This document shows, piece by piece, positions 27,640 through 41,281 of a DNA stretch of 64,000 nt. Positions within the stretch are counted from its first letter, which is position 1, and the number at the start of each line of letters is the position of its first letter. This DNA is from Octopus vulgaris (Eukaryota), in the NCBI GenBank assembly GCA_951406725.2, contig OX597821.1, forward strand, positions 46,562,001 to 46,626,000, given 5' to 3'. The position numbers and the translations under genes were made by a program. The notes below the pieces were generated by a model that had not been told where the DNA came from, searched no databases, and saw only the letters and a program-made list of their open reading frames with translations.

Positions 27640-28850
27640 CTAAGGACATCGAATGAAAAATCGATGCAATGTTTTGTAAATACTCATTGCATCTCTAATT
27701 TGTTAGATGAAAGCTTATCATTCGTTTTTGGAGACAACAAACATTTCCAGACTTCTATGCAAATTTGTTCCAGAATAAAAGATATAGAACTTGTAAGATC
27801 CACATCTGTTTAGCATAATTGTTCTCACAGATTTAGGTGAAAGATTCACATTCACTGAGCAGCTGACCTCTACAACGGTGATTCACCTTTGTTCCTCGTC
27901 CCACAGAATAATATTAGTCTTGCCTTTGCACCGGATTGCTGTTTTTATAGGAATATTTCACTGGTGTTGCTTATTTTTAAAGCAATAGACACACTCTGGT
28001 TCCATTGTGTCTTATTGTATGACTACCAGGACAAAATATCTTGCGGTTAGCTTAGTAAGTAGTTTTGGTAACAATTATATGCCTCATGAGAAGGCTGTGA
28101 CTTGAGAATAACTACGGGCAGCTGGTGACGATCTTCCATATTACTATTTTCCAATCGAATTTTCTAGCAGAGCGTTGAGGTTTGGCGGCATCTTTATCTC
28201 TTTTATTGACCAAATATTTAGTTGCTATTCCCTGCTCGTGAACAGCAAGGGCTATATCCTCCCTGGTAGAATGATAGGCCCCGGAATGACTACTAGGTTT
28301 GTCAATGATGTTGATACCATTTAGTTTCTTGCATATGTAATCGTGTATACTTTTCTGTTGATGAGAGTCACTGTCTAACTGGGTTAGTTTAAGATCCTGT
28401 ATAAATAGGCTATTCTACCATCCCTTGGTCAACTGGATAGCTCAATACTCAGAATATATCTATACTGGAGTTCTTCACCTATAATCGAGATGCTATTATT
28501 GTTACTGTTAAGTGCGCATGTTGTTTTAGTAAATGCGATGCGATTTTTAAGTACCATTTGAACTAACATTAAGCATCTGCCGCCAATCCCTCTGGTTAAT
28601 AAAGATCGTGTCAGTGTCACCGTTGATGTAGGAATTATCAATGGTCAAATTACTGATCTCTTCACGTATCAAGTGCAGTGTTTCAAACATTAGTACAAGC
28701 ATTGTGACTGCAGAAAAGGGGTCATCGTGTTTGAATGCGAACAGATCTGACTTACATACGTTTTGAAGTCAGCTACACTGCTCTCTTGTCACTCTGGATC
28801 TATTCACTGCAACATTTCCATCAATTCCAAGATACTTTTTGCATTCATCA
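27640..28850 (-). pseudogene. R4/Dong-like (RLE-type) LINE remnant: RT C-terminus, RH motif and restriction-like endonuclease
   Basis: Minus-strand fragments ECKKYLGID, INGDTD, GGRCL, QQGIATKYL, MRHIIVTK and NIILWDEEQR-ITVVEVSCSVNVN occur in the expected order; many stops. Confidence 0.7.
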
Positions 28851-29378
28851 TCGTATATATTTATTTATGTATATGTGCCCATATGCATATACATAGTTAT
28901 AGTAAATATCTAACTTGACTCATCTCTTTCCCATAAGGATAAATATGAATCTCCTAGATTCTATTCTTCTGCTATTTCCTTTCTCAAGTTCATTGTAAAG
29001 TTTGTTTATATTTCCTGCACTGAAGAGTACATTGATATACATAATTAATTAATTTATTTAATTCATTTAATCTAATTCAATTCAATCATGAATTTGCATG
29101 ATTTTTATATCTCTGTACGAAACGATCGTCTGCATGAATTAAAATTCTCTTATATATTTTAACAACTTGCCTTCTCCATTTTTAACTAAATTGATGAGTT
29201 TCTTTCCATAAATTCACCACAAATCATATACAAGTATTATTTTCTTTTAGGCAAATTTACGCCTGTAATCTACCAGCAAAATATAAAGAATCAACATTAG
29301 AAGACGAATCTACATTCAACCTTTTTACACCTATGCATATACATATTCAGGAATGGATCAACGCATTAATCCGTACAT

Positions 29379-29472
<94 letters not shown>

Positions 29473-29648
29473 TGTATGTATGTATGTATATATATATGTG
29501 TATGTATGTATGTATATATGTATGCCGTATTACACATATGAAGGATGTTTGCCGTGTTCCATATATAAAGGATGTTTTCAGCAAAAATTAACTTTAAATC
29601 TAATAACGAGGAATATAAAGTTTAGGAAATATTCTTTAAAATCCTTAC

Positions 29649-29694
29649 CCGGTCACTTTCTTCTTGATGATGACAACAATCAGGTGGACAGCCA
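29649..29694 (-). CDS. BMI1: BMI1/PCGF-like coding exon, RAWUL insertion loop (46 nt, phase 2 to 0)
   Basis: cttttttgtcttctag|TGGCTGT...GACCGG|gtaagg translates (N)GCPPDCCHHQEESDR. It supplies the required phase 2 to 0 change and equals the 46-nt length recalled for the human exon, but the sequence is divergent. Confidence 0.8.
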
Positions 29695-31737
29695 CTAGAA
29701 GACAAAAAAGAAGCCACTTAGAGCTCGAATAAAAAAACAAAAACAAACAAATAAGATCAGCAAATCAGCTTCGAAGGCGGCGAGTTGTCAGAATCGTTTA
29801 AGCATCGGGGGCAAAAAAAAAAAAAAAACATGCTTGCACTGCCTTTTATCTTCAGGGGTCAATAAAATTAAATGCCTGTCAAATGCTGGAGTCGATAGTA
29901 GCAACTAAACTCCTTCGCCTCAATAAATCAAATTAATCTTTCTGTGATAAAACAGCATATCAGATTTAAATCCTTTTATACTTTGCTTAAGTTTTACGTG
30001 TTAATCTACGAAAATTGAGGACGCTGATTCATTTTTAAATGTGTTATAATCATATAACGATGACATTTTCAAGGAATTTAGTTAAGAACTCCGTCCTTCT
30101 TTCATCGATATATCTGTTCACTATCTGTACATTTTAAGAGCGGACTAATGTCGCAGTAATGATATACGTCTGCAAATAGCAAATGCAAAACGAGTAGAAT
30201 ACATATTTTTTTTTCATCTTGAAGAACAGGAATGTAACGTTTCGCGCAGGAGCTCTCTAATGAAGGGCTGTTTCCTAAACATTTAACCTGCTTTCCGCAC
30301 AAAAATAAATTTCAATTAACCAGCTTCTCGTACATATCTGTATATTGAGGTTTCTTCCAGTACATATTTGCACATGCACATTTTATCCCGATGGCAGTAC
30401 TGGTAAGGTGTTGAACAATTTACCAAAGAAGCAGTTGATTATATCCTGTTCTTTTCTTTTCTTATAATAACAGTGGAAGATAGAATAAAATAGCAACAAC
30501 CAGATTCGGCATATAATATTCATTGTATTATAATTATAACGGAGGCAAGTAACTTAAACATTTATCCCCTCTACCTATCTTTCATTGGCTATTACAATGC
30601 AGGAACAACTCATAACTGCACTTCTAAAAGGACAAGTGTTTTGCTTGCTTGCACTAGAGATTTCAAATTACTTTCATGACCACTGTTTCTCGCGAATCGA
30701 ACGAGCAGGTAGATACTTTGACATTGGTTCATATTTTCTACTTTTAACAGCTTGAGGCAGTATTAGCTTTGCAAAGATTATTTTGTCTTGATGCAATTTT
30801 ATTGGTTCTTCGATTTGTTCAGAAAGACATCACCAAAGTAATAATACGTGTTTTCGTGTCAAAGTAAATAAATCACATATGCATTTTTTGTCTCCTGTTA
30901 ATAGTTAAAATATTACAGTGTCTGTCATTATCTATAATCATATTGAGCTTAACGTAGGAAATATATATTTCGCAATTGACTACCACTTTTATTTTGTTAC
31001 TGTAATATATCATCATCGTCGCCATTATCACTGATGTTATTTTTACGTTCGCTGAACCAGAGCAATGTCGGGCTGCACCTTCTTGGGTTTAGCCGTTTAT
31101 ATTGATCCCAATACTTATTTTATCGACTGGAGACAAAACGGAGCTGGATAGGCCTTTAAGTCAGAACATGAAGGTCCATAACCAAATACCAACACCTGCT
31201 TTTCAGACGTTGCATAACCGGTTCTTCGATCTACTCTGAGATAAATGGAGTTGGTGAGTTGCTTTAACAAGTACTAATATTATTACAGTGATTATAGGCA
31301 CTTCTATAACATAAACTGAATAACTGCGAATCGTGAAAATCTTCTGTCAATTGTTAACCGGTGCAAAATGAAATAGTTTGGTCATGTAACACAACATAAT
31401 AACACTATAACTCTAGCGAATATGGTCACTGAAAGGAAAAATTCCCGGTAAAAGAGGAAGATCACAAATAATGTGGCTGAGCAACATTGATGAATGGACA
31501 ATGAAGATAATTGAAAACGCGAATTTGGTAGAAGCCCGGAAAAAAAAATTGAAAGGGAAAAATAAGCGTCATACTTTGTTTCACTGGGTTGTAATTGTTT
31601 GAAGGCGAAGTGAAAGTAATGGTAATTTATACGTTACGAGCCGGAGCTCTGGAACTGAAAAATACCATATTATCTTAACACATTTATAAAATCAATTTAG
31701 TATTGCTTTTCTTTATCATCTTGAAAATACCATTTAT

Positions 31738-32039
31738 ATGCATATATGTATGTATGTATGTATGCATGTATGTATGTATGTATGTATGTATGTATGTATG
31801 TATGTATGTATGTATGTATGTATGTATGTATGTATGCATGCATGCATGCATGTATGTATGTATGTATGTATGTGTGTATATATGTATGTGTGTGTATGCT
31901 TGTATGTATGTATGTATGTATGTATGTGTGTGTGTATGTATGTATGTGTGTGTGTATGTATGTGTGTGTGTATGTATGCATGTATGTATGTATGTATGTA
32001 TGTATGTATATATCTATGTATGTGTGTATGTATGTATGT
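31738..32039. repeat. (TATG)/(TG) compound microsatellite
   Basis: Directly visible. Confidence 0.97.
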
Positions 32040-32041
32040 CA

Positions 32042-32119
32042 GGTCACTTTCGAGTGCTACTGTTAACATGTAACCCAGTACAACCTGTTGCATGGTCGGG
32101 TCGTTGGCGACTAAACCGG
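32042..32119 (+). ncRNA. HDV-like self-cleaving ribozyme (degenerate)
   Basis: P1 GGTCAC/ATGGTC, P2 CCAGT/ACCGG, P3 ACA/TGC, L3 ACCTGT with CC pairing GG at 32098-32099, P4 TCG-TTGG-CGA, J4/2 CTAA; one mismatch each in P1, P2 and P3. Confidence 0.55.
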
Positions 32120-32590
32120 CAACCCCACCAAGCTTGCTTGGTGAGGAGGGTGTTTGTTGGACACCCTGCGGGATGAAAAACAAAACCCGTCAAATGGCGG
32201 AGGAACTCTTGAGAGTCAACGACCATCCAATAAATGCCTTAAGGCTGTATCATGTGCGGGGACATAGAAATAATCGGACTGAATACCCGATCGCGCGGTT
32301 AAACCATTGGGAGTGAATGACTCCTAGCCTTTGTTAGGGCATCCTTCTAGGAGAAGGTAACTCAGGAAACTGGGATAACACCGACATAAAACCTGCGGCT
32401 CAGTGGTTACCGATGATGTTGACTTGTTCTTCTTTTCGGATTATGGCTGCTGTTGCTTAGTGAGTGGGATTGACTCAGTACACAGCCTTTCCTCACTTTA
32501 AAAAATATCTTCTTGCACAGGCATTGCACGATAACAACATTGATTAAGCTTCGTGCAAGGGCCATACTCGATAACGAGGGGGCAGCCACC
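32042..32590 (+). mobile_element. Non-coding RTE-derived element (5' UTR-like) beginning with an HDV-like ribozyme fold
   Basis: GC-richer island between (TATG)n tracts. Contains GGCATCCTTCTAGGAGAAGGTAACTC, resembling the RTE 5' UTR motif; its first 78 nt fit an HDV-like nested pseudoknot. Confidence 0.6.
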
Positions 32591-32623
32591 ATGTATGTAC
32601 GTATGTGTATATATATATATATA

Positions 32624-32716
<93 letters not shown>

Positions 32717-32718
32717 GC

Positions 32719-33150
32719 ATTCTATTCTATTCTTCTTTTATATGCTTCAGCCTTGAGGCTATGGCCCTGCTGGGGCACCACCAGTGTAATCACCTTTTAA
32801 TTGGCCAGTTCTATGAGATTGGCTTTTGGTGAAGGAGGGAGTTCGATACCACTACCCTCTTTTGAGTTTCCTGCCTTGATATTAGTTCATCTGGGATATT
32901 GGAGAGCAAGAGGTCAAGTTGTTTCTTGAAAATATCTACCCCCACCTCATGGAGATCCTTTAGATGTTTTGGCAAGGAGTTAAATAGCTGTGGGCCTTTG
33001 AATCTCAAGCAGTACATGATTCTCATTTTAAATGAGACAAATGGGACTTTTGGAACGGTTCAGTGACGTCCAGTTATATCAGACAACTAGGTCTGATATA
33101 ACCCCCAATTCCAAAGTTTGCACCAGTCCCTCCAGTATCTTCTATATGCA
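32719..33150 (-). mobile_element. CR1-group LINE 3' fragment
   Basis: KILEGLV...GPQLFNSLPKHLKDL...FKKQLDLLLSNIPDE...SNSL is the typical CR1-type ORF2 end; followed by a 3' UTR and (AATAG)n tail. Confidence 0.85.
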
Positions 33151-33523
33151 TATATATATGTATATTTATAATTAAATTATGAGAGTTGAAATGGATATTA
33201 ATCAATTAAAACCAGTGGGTTAGCATATTTAAAACATCCGAAGATTAAAAATTAAATTACATATAAATTTAGAGGAATGACCACCAAAGTGGACTCCTAA
33301 TATGCTAAAGATAGACGTCAAATCGCCATACCACGAAGAGAGAGTTCTCAAGAAAAAATTTCAGCAAAATGCCAGTATGTAAAAATGAGAAAGACAAATG
33401 AAAATTTCGTATATTTTCATAAGTATGTATGCATGCATGTATATCTGAGTGAGTGGATTACTAACAGCATTAGTTTTGTTCTCTTAAGTAAATGCATAAA
33501 AAAATTAACTTTACGCCACTTAC

Positions 33524-33659
33524 TTTGAACTGAATTCCAGTGATAAACTTATCTTTTCATCTTCTGAATAAATGATTCTTTCGTGTGCACGGGCACCCTC
33601 CCCAGCCTTGAGTAGACCGTTCACTTCACTGTCTACCGAACCACATGGTTGGTGTGTGG
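33524..33659 (-). CDS. BMI1: BMI1/PCGF-like coding exon, linker and start of RAWUL (136 nt, phase 1 to 2)
   Basis: ttttacag|CC...TCAAA|gtaagt translates (A)THQPCGSVDSEVNGLLKAGEGARAHERIIYSEDEKISLSLEFSS(N). The C-terminal part matches BMI1 KRIITDDEIISLSIEF. Confidence 0.92.
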
Positions 33660-35352
33660 CTGTAAAATGAATATAAATAATTATTAGAAAATATTTCTTA
33701 TAAATAGTCATTTGCAATAATAGTACATCAGGCAAGTTACGCAATAAAACCTAACAATCAATTGTAGACTAAAACAAAGATAACATCTAAACAACTAAAT
33801 TTTAAAATATATTATATTTATCCCTTATATTATATGACACGCTAAAGAAGACAGACGGCATATCAGTCAAACAACGTTAGATAGATTTATAAACATCACA
33901 AATTAAAAGACACTGAAATGTCACCAATTACTTAGTCAAGGCCTGACATTTAGCACGTTTGTAAATTTCCTGCTACTATGATATACCTACTAATTTTCTT
34001 ACCATTAGCGTCCAGACTACAGAACAGAACTGAATACAAGGGATGAGTTTTGTCGTGCTAAATACTGAAGCACTTCACGTTAGATATAAAATAGAGTTAA
34101 TCATAATTTAACAAAGCTACTCTATTTCTGAATAATATTTCTGAATTTACCAGCAAGCTCAAAAAAACAAAACAAACAACCAATGCAACTGATCAGGGAA
34201 AGTACAAAGTAAATCGGAAGTTAAAGAGAATCGACATTCAGTGATAAATTAGTTCAAATGATAGAGGAGGTGAGACACCTATGCGAGAGCGTGTGAATGA
34301 TAATACATGCTGATATGAAATAAAAGATATGGAGGTTGTCCCTAATTATTGTTAATGCCAGAGATTTGGTAAACGGGAAATTTGCTACAGCAAGGAAGTG
34401 GGGATCTATTAATAATAGAGTGCAATCTTAGGAATGTGAGGAGAATTGCACTGGAAATAGGAAATGGCTTGCTTTCAGTTAAGTAGCTTTGGCATGTTGA
34501 CAGAAAGTATCTTAAAACTGTTTAGTACATTATGTGTCACTTGTGAATCTCGACGCCATAATGGCTTTTCTTTCATTGATTGAAGTTAGTTTGTTGAAGA
34601 TAAGTTGTCCACAATAAGCCAGAGGAGGTAAAAATACCACCGAAGAAGAGCATGAGTTTATACAGATCAGTGAAGTTGCGGTAAGAGATGGTGAAAAAGA
34701 TAGCTAAGACCAAATAAGCTGGGTTTCAAAAGGGTAAAGATAAGGAGATGGATTTATATCAGGGAGACCATTATTGAGTGATGAGACGCCTTCAAGATTG
34801 AAGATTTGCAATATTCCCCGCTATAAATATATTTATAAAAACATAGACTTGCCCAGATGTGCCACCACTGAGACGACCGTTGAGAGAAAACAACACAAGG
34901 TTGAGAGAAAACAACACAACCACAAATGCAAAAAGCAATTTCGGTCTAAATTTTTTTCAAGATTATGTAAGGAATTAATGTACTATCAGCAAATTATATT
35001 TTCTGTCATTGTTAACGCTATACCAGATATTCTAGTATATGAAAGAAACAGAATGCATCAACGGTTGTTTAACAATGAAGATTCAACTTCTGTATCAACT
35101 GCATTTAACTTAATTTAACGAGATAATGGTTGAGCACAAGCATGTATATCTTCAATGAAGTTCTCAGAATCAGCAAGGTACAAGGGTGACAAGACCTTTC
35201 GAACTAACGCTACACAAAATTCGATGGCTTTCTGTATAGTTTCATTCACAAAGTAAGGATCGATCCGAAGCTATAGAAAATATCATTCGCGTAAGATACT
35301 ATTCAGTGGGATCGAACATAAACTTCATGGTTACAAAGGGAACTTCTAAACC

Positions 35353-35423
35353 ATTTGACCATACAGTATTACAGCTACGTGTAATTGTCATTTACACGTA
35401 GCTGTAATACTGTATGGTCAAAT
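35353..35423. repeat. Perfect 32-bp inverted repeat with 7-nt spacer
   Basis: ATTTGACCATACAGTATTACAGCTACGTGTAA-TTGTCAT-TTACACGTAGCTGTAATACTGTATGGTCAAAT. Confidence 0.97.
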
Positions 35424-35431
35424 TGTCATTT

Positions 35432-35819
35432 GTGGAGGCGCAATGGCCCAGTGGTTAGGGTAGCGGACTCGCGGTCGTAGGATCGCGGTTTCGATTCCCA
35501 GACCGGGCGTTGTGGGTGTTTATTGAGCGAAAACACCTAAAGCTCCACGAGGCTCCGGCAGGGATGGTGGTGATCCCTGCTGTACTCTTTCATCACAACT
35601 TTCTCTTACTCTTACTTCCTGTTTCTGTTGTACCTGTATTTCAAAGGGCCGGCCTTGTCACTCTCTGTGTCACGCTGAATATCCCCGAGAACTCCGTTAA
35701 GGGTACACGTGTCTGTGGAGTGCTCAGCCACTTACACGTTAATTTCACGAGCAGGCTGTTCCGTTGATTCGGATCAACCGGAACCCTCATCGTTGTAACC
35801 GACGGAGTGCTTCCATTCC
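35432..35819 (+). mobile_element. SINE family C, full length with TSD
   Basis: Near-identical to the other two copies; TSD AATTGTCATTT at 35421-35431 and 35820-35830. Confidence 0.93.
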
Positions 35820-36285
35820 AATTGTCATTTATGTAAAATGTCCTAGCCATATAAGTGTGACTTTACTAAATTCACGACGCACGTACTGTTTTGAGCGATT
35901 GTTTTTTGAAGTGCCTGTGCTGTTTTCCAAGTGAGGAAAAACTTTCCGATGATCATAATCGATAGTATTATTAAAAAGTAGAATAAAGGTGAAGTTAACA
36001 TTTTTGTATTATCATATTACGTCACTAACCCTTTTACATTGAAATTATTTAATTAATTACCTTGTGAAAAACAAAAAGAAAAGAAAATGAAAGCAAAAAC
36101 CGAATGTGTTGCTTTAGCACTCACATCTACTCTCTTCCCCTCTTTGTTCGCCCCTTGTGGGTAGTAATAAAAAAAACAACTCACACCCACTCTTCTTCGA
36201 TAAAAAGAATTTTAATTCAGAGTCAGAGTGAGAGAGGGGGAGAAAGATATATATGTAAGAGAGAGAAATTGAGTGAGAGAGAGAG

Positions 36286-36353
<68 letters not shown>

Positions 36354-36549
36354 GAAAGTAGAAGTATATTTTTCTTCCGTGTACAGGAAGATAGATTCGA
36401 AAACTAAATATATCTTACCTCGACGTACAGGGAAATAGATTAGATAATAGAAGTTTATTTTTAACCGGAGCAAAACAAAAAACAAAGTATGTCCAACGAT
36501 ATGAATATCCGTGAAATGATAGCAATAAAACTTCATTCGTAGTTCTTAC

Positions 36550-36597
36550 CTGAACATGGATGTTTGATGTAATAATCACGTCGTCTTTTCATTTCAT
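36550..36597 (-). CDS. BMI1: BMI1/PCGF-like coding exon (48 nt, phase 1 to 1)
   Basis: cttttag|ATGAAATG...TGTTCAG|gtaag translates (N)EMKRRRDYYIKHPCS(A), matching BMI1 NEMKRRRDFYAAHPS. Confidence 0.93.
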
Positions 36598-36785
36598 CTA
36601 AAGGAATAAATAAGTATATAATTAAATAAATAAACAAATGTCAAGCTGCCTCCCCCCCACCCCGGTTTAATTTTTCAATCCACACTATACGGCTCAATAC
36701 CGACTAATATGTGAGTAAATATGGTAGACAAAATGTGTGCGGAATACGTTATATATATACGTATACATACGTACATAAATTTGTA

Positions 36786-36838
<53 letters not shown>

Positions 36839-37209
36839 GTGAGTGTTTTGCCCGTGCGTGTTTCTTTGAGGTTCCTAACAACCGCTGTTTGTTCTTTTAC
36901 GTTCCTGTAATCTACTTGTTCACTTTTTGGAAACCGAGAGAATAAGTACCATTCTGCAATTGATTGATTAGTGCCTCCAAATGACGCAGACTAATGAGCG
37001 AAATGAATAAAAAAAAATATGATTCAGCGAGAGATTTCTCTTGAACTCTCAATATAATATAGAATATAGTCAGGTGCACTCTAAAAATTCGTATTTTGGA
37101 GTTCATGCATTTCTTTGGTACTTCAACGACCGTCTTTAAAATATCCTCCTCAAAATTTCATTTCCAAATATTTTAATTTCAAAACTACACAGAAATGCGA
37201 TATTCATAC

Positions 37210-37482
<273 letters not shown>

Positions 37483-38039
37483 TAAGCTTGTAATGTGTAT
37501 AAATATAGATCTTATTGACATTTCATTGTGCCTCATCTTTCACAGACAGTAAGAGGGGAAAAATAAACGAAAAATTTCCGATTTTTTTAATAGTTATGTA
37601 ATAAGTAGTTATAACTAGCGATTATTATGCTGGAGGTATTGTAGGTTCCATATGATATATGTGATACGTCCGATTCAATAATTTTCTAATAAGTCGATTT
37701 TTTCACACCTTTCACGCTATTAATGGAAATTTTCACTGTTCACTGAAGACAAGATAAATTAAGAAACTCCATCAATGTTGGCAGATGAAGAACAAATGAC
37801 CAAAGAATATACATCTTCCAACCAGTATTGCGTAAATACAGTCTTCTAAAGTGCTGCAAATAAAACAGATCGCATTATCAATGGCCTCCAACAAATTCTC
37901 AATGTATCGCCAATATACTGATCGTAAAGGTCCGCTGCAGCACAGTAGAATAGTTTGAAAACGTTAAAGTTTGAAGGAATTTGTAGATTGAGACAATATA
38001 TTTTCTCACTAAACATCTAAAGTTCCAAACATTTTACTA

Positions 38040-38538
38040 CCGTGACTAATTTTTGGAATTCCATTTTCATCACTAAAACTCGAAAACTATCCAACCGATC
38101 TCATGCAAATTTTACACATGCCTTACTTAGGATCCATGCAGTGTCATGGGCCAAAACATCTTCAACTTCTTGCCCAATGCGAGCCCGGGAAATCACTTGT
38201 CTTTACACTATTTGAGTATTACGTGTCAAAAGTGAAACAAAAACAAACATCTCCATTGTAATATGAGATAATACTTTCAGTTTAGTAGTACTTCCACTAT
38301 TATATGCTTTAACTATTGTATATAACTTCTATATGCATATACATATGTGTGTATATATACATATGTGCATATATGTATATATATACATATATGTGTGTGT
38401 GGATATATATATATGTATATATACATATATATATATTGTCTGTATATATATGTATATTGATATGCATATATATATATATGTATACATGTATATATATACG
38501 CATGTATTTATATATATATACGTAGGTATATATATATA

Positions 38539-38600
<62 letters not shown>

Positions 38601-38616
38601 TGTACATATATATTTA

Positions 38617-38663
<47 letters not shown>

Positions 38664-38972
38664 TTATACATGTATATAAATATATGTATGTATATACATA
38701 TATATGTGGGTGTGTATGTGTGAGAGTAGGTGTGTGTTTGTACCCCCACCATTGCTTGACAACCGATGTTGCTGTGTTTACGTCCGTGTAACTTAGTCGT
38801 TTGGCAAAGCAGTCCGTTAGAATAAGTACTAGGCTGAAAAAGAATAAATCCTGGGGTCGATTTCTTCGACAAAAGACGGTGCTCCAGCATGTCCTTAGTC
38901 ACATGACCGAAACAAGCAAAACAATGAAAAACTATGCCATTTTAATCCCGAGAAACGCCGGGTATCTGCTAG
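38040..38972 (+). mobile_element. Helitron-like non-autonomous element interrupted by (TA)n and a SINE B 3' half (about 38706-38925)
   Basis: 3' hairpin CCCGAGAAACGCCGGG followed by TATCTGCTAG|T. Shares the CAACCGAT...AAA motif and the 3' end with the element at 43511-43894; the 5' boundary is uncertain. Confidence 0.6.
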
Positions 38973-39923
38973 TTATTAACAAATTTAACAGATCTTTGGG
39001 AGGGTTATTAGATACAGTAAAATATCTTTCAACACACGAGGCTGCATTAAGAATATTGCAAACCAAGTACAAAAACATTTTGATATATCTCTGCTTTATT
39101 TGCAATAAATGTTGTGTTCTAGCCCGTCTAAATTTGGGTCCCGACCAATAAGTTTGAGAGTGCCAAAGAAACTAGAGAATTCACCAAATCTTTATTATAT
39201 TATTTATCAATGTAAAACTCAGTAAATATTATAATCACAAAATATGTTTCTCCCTTCAGATAACACTTTATGAAAGAAGGGCTATCATCTGTAAATGAAG
39301 CCTTACACACATATTCCACTGAAAATGTAAGCTATAAGTCGATACAAAAGACTGACCAGCTGGAAATAGATGCCAAATTTCCTCAATGGTACCCTACTGT
39401 ATTTAACAAAAGAAGCAAACATTAGCCAGTGCATTTATTGACATGCAAAAATATTTCATGGCCATGCTTGAGCCATCTTTAAAGCTAACACGAGGCTAAA
39501 CAACAATAGCAATACTGTCATTTCATCGAAACCTTTAAATTTAAAACAAGTGATAACTGAAGTGGGTACAGTTTTCGAACTTCCATTTCATACATTATAT
39601 ATTTCATACGTTATATATCGTCGATAAGAGCTATCAGACTGATAAACAGCTATTGGAGTTGCTTTCTTAAAGGTAGCGCATTTTATTGATCTGGTCACAT
39701 ATATTGCAGACTTCGTGTCTTCTCAACATCGAATTTTAGACATTATTGATTCATTTACGTTCTTTTCAAACATGTTATTCCACATCAATCGATTACAGTA
39801 AGTCGTTCTTCTTATAACACGCACCTGACTTGAACTTTCTGATATTGAAGCTACACAACGTAACAAAAATCCAGACTACAATCAATTGAAAATGTAGTGA
39901 AAAATAAAGTTTGCTGCACTTAC

Positions 39924-39979
39924 TAGAAAACAGCCCGGGTACCATTTTGTACACAAGGTTTTGTAATATTTGGTCTTGT
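39924..39979 (-). CDS. BMI1: BMI1/PCGF-like Polycomb RING finger gene, internal coding exon just after the RING domain (56 nt, phase 2 to 1)
   Basis: Minus strand ttttcag|ACAAGAC...TTTTCTA|gtaagt translates (R)QDQILQNLVYKMVPGLFS(N). This matches BMI1 [20 protein letters not shown] and has the same 56-nt length as the recalled human exon. Confidence 0.93.
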
Positions 39980-41202
39980 CTGAAAAATAGAATAAAAAGA
40001 AAAAGCATAAACAAATTTGTTAGTCAAAGAAACAACTTGAGAAGTAAATAGGAACAATTTTAAGTGAAGATCTGGCAATATTGCTAAGGTTAAAGTAGAA
40101 GCAAGTAAATAATCATATATTGATTTCTGACATGACACGAAAGCAATGAGGTTTAGGGAGGATAAAGTCGATTAAATCGACCATTATTTAGTGTAGTGTT
40201 TTATCTTATAAAGTTGATGTCGGCAGAAAATAAAAACAAATTAATGAAGTATAATTAAATACGTAAAATATGGTGTCCGGTATCCTACAAATTCTGCCTA
40301 GTGAATACCCTTCACATATCCATATATTCATAAATGGTGGCTAAATATTGCTTCTCATTTATTAAGAAGTATAAGGAAATGAACGGAATATTGTGACTTA
40401 CGTGCATTCGGATATATGGAAAAAGAACTTAATGAACTGTATGGAAAAATTAAAACTGAAGCGATATAGCCGGAGCTAAGTTTAAATGTTAAACTAATTA
40501 TATAATCACACACAGTATCTGTGTATGTGTGTGTGTGTGTATATATATGCAAATACATTGTTTTTAAGTATAGTTATACACACACATAAATTAATAAACA
40601 CGTAAAACAATTGTAAGCGGAATGAACTGAGAATAAATTGAGGCATACATGAAAAATTTTTCATTCCAAGCAAAATTAAATCTCAGCGCTTGAAAGCATG
40701 TAAAATTTGACATACGTCTATATTCTTCATCAGCTAAAGTGCGGTTAAAATATGCACTTAAATCTTTCATAATACAAAATGCGAGATATTGTAAATAAAG
40801 CGATATGTCGCACGTTCCCTACATTTAAACTACTCTAAAACGTTAGTTATCTATTTTAAAATTTAAACTTACGGCCTTACAACATAATAATTTTCGAAAC
40901 CTTCGTAAATATATTTCTTTGCAAAGTCCCTAAAAAGGGCTTAATATAGCTATTTAACAAATATACAAAATATAAATGATTATAAGGTAAATGAAGTCAA
41001 GTCAAACAGAATAAAATACGCATTCATACATTTTCGAAATAAACTGCAGGAGCATTATACGTAAACATGAAAAATAAAAGAATAAAACAGTTAAACTTAG
41101 GACATGATTATGCTTTTAGTATATGTCAAAAAGGGAATCCCCGGCGCTCTTGACAAATGCATTCTTATATGTATGTATGTATGTAAACATATTCATACAC
41201 AC

Positions 41203-41281
<79 letters not shown>

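Noticed and set aside
30140-30192. Strong minus-strand acceptor at about 30170 as the phase 2 to 0 exon
   Set aside because: In-frame TAG after eight codons and no donor; 29649-29694 fits instead.
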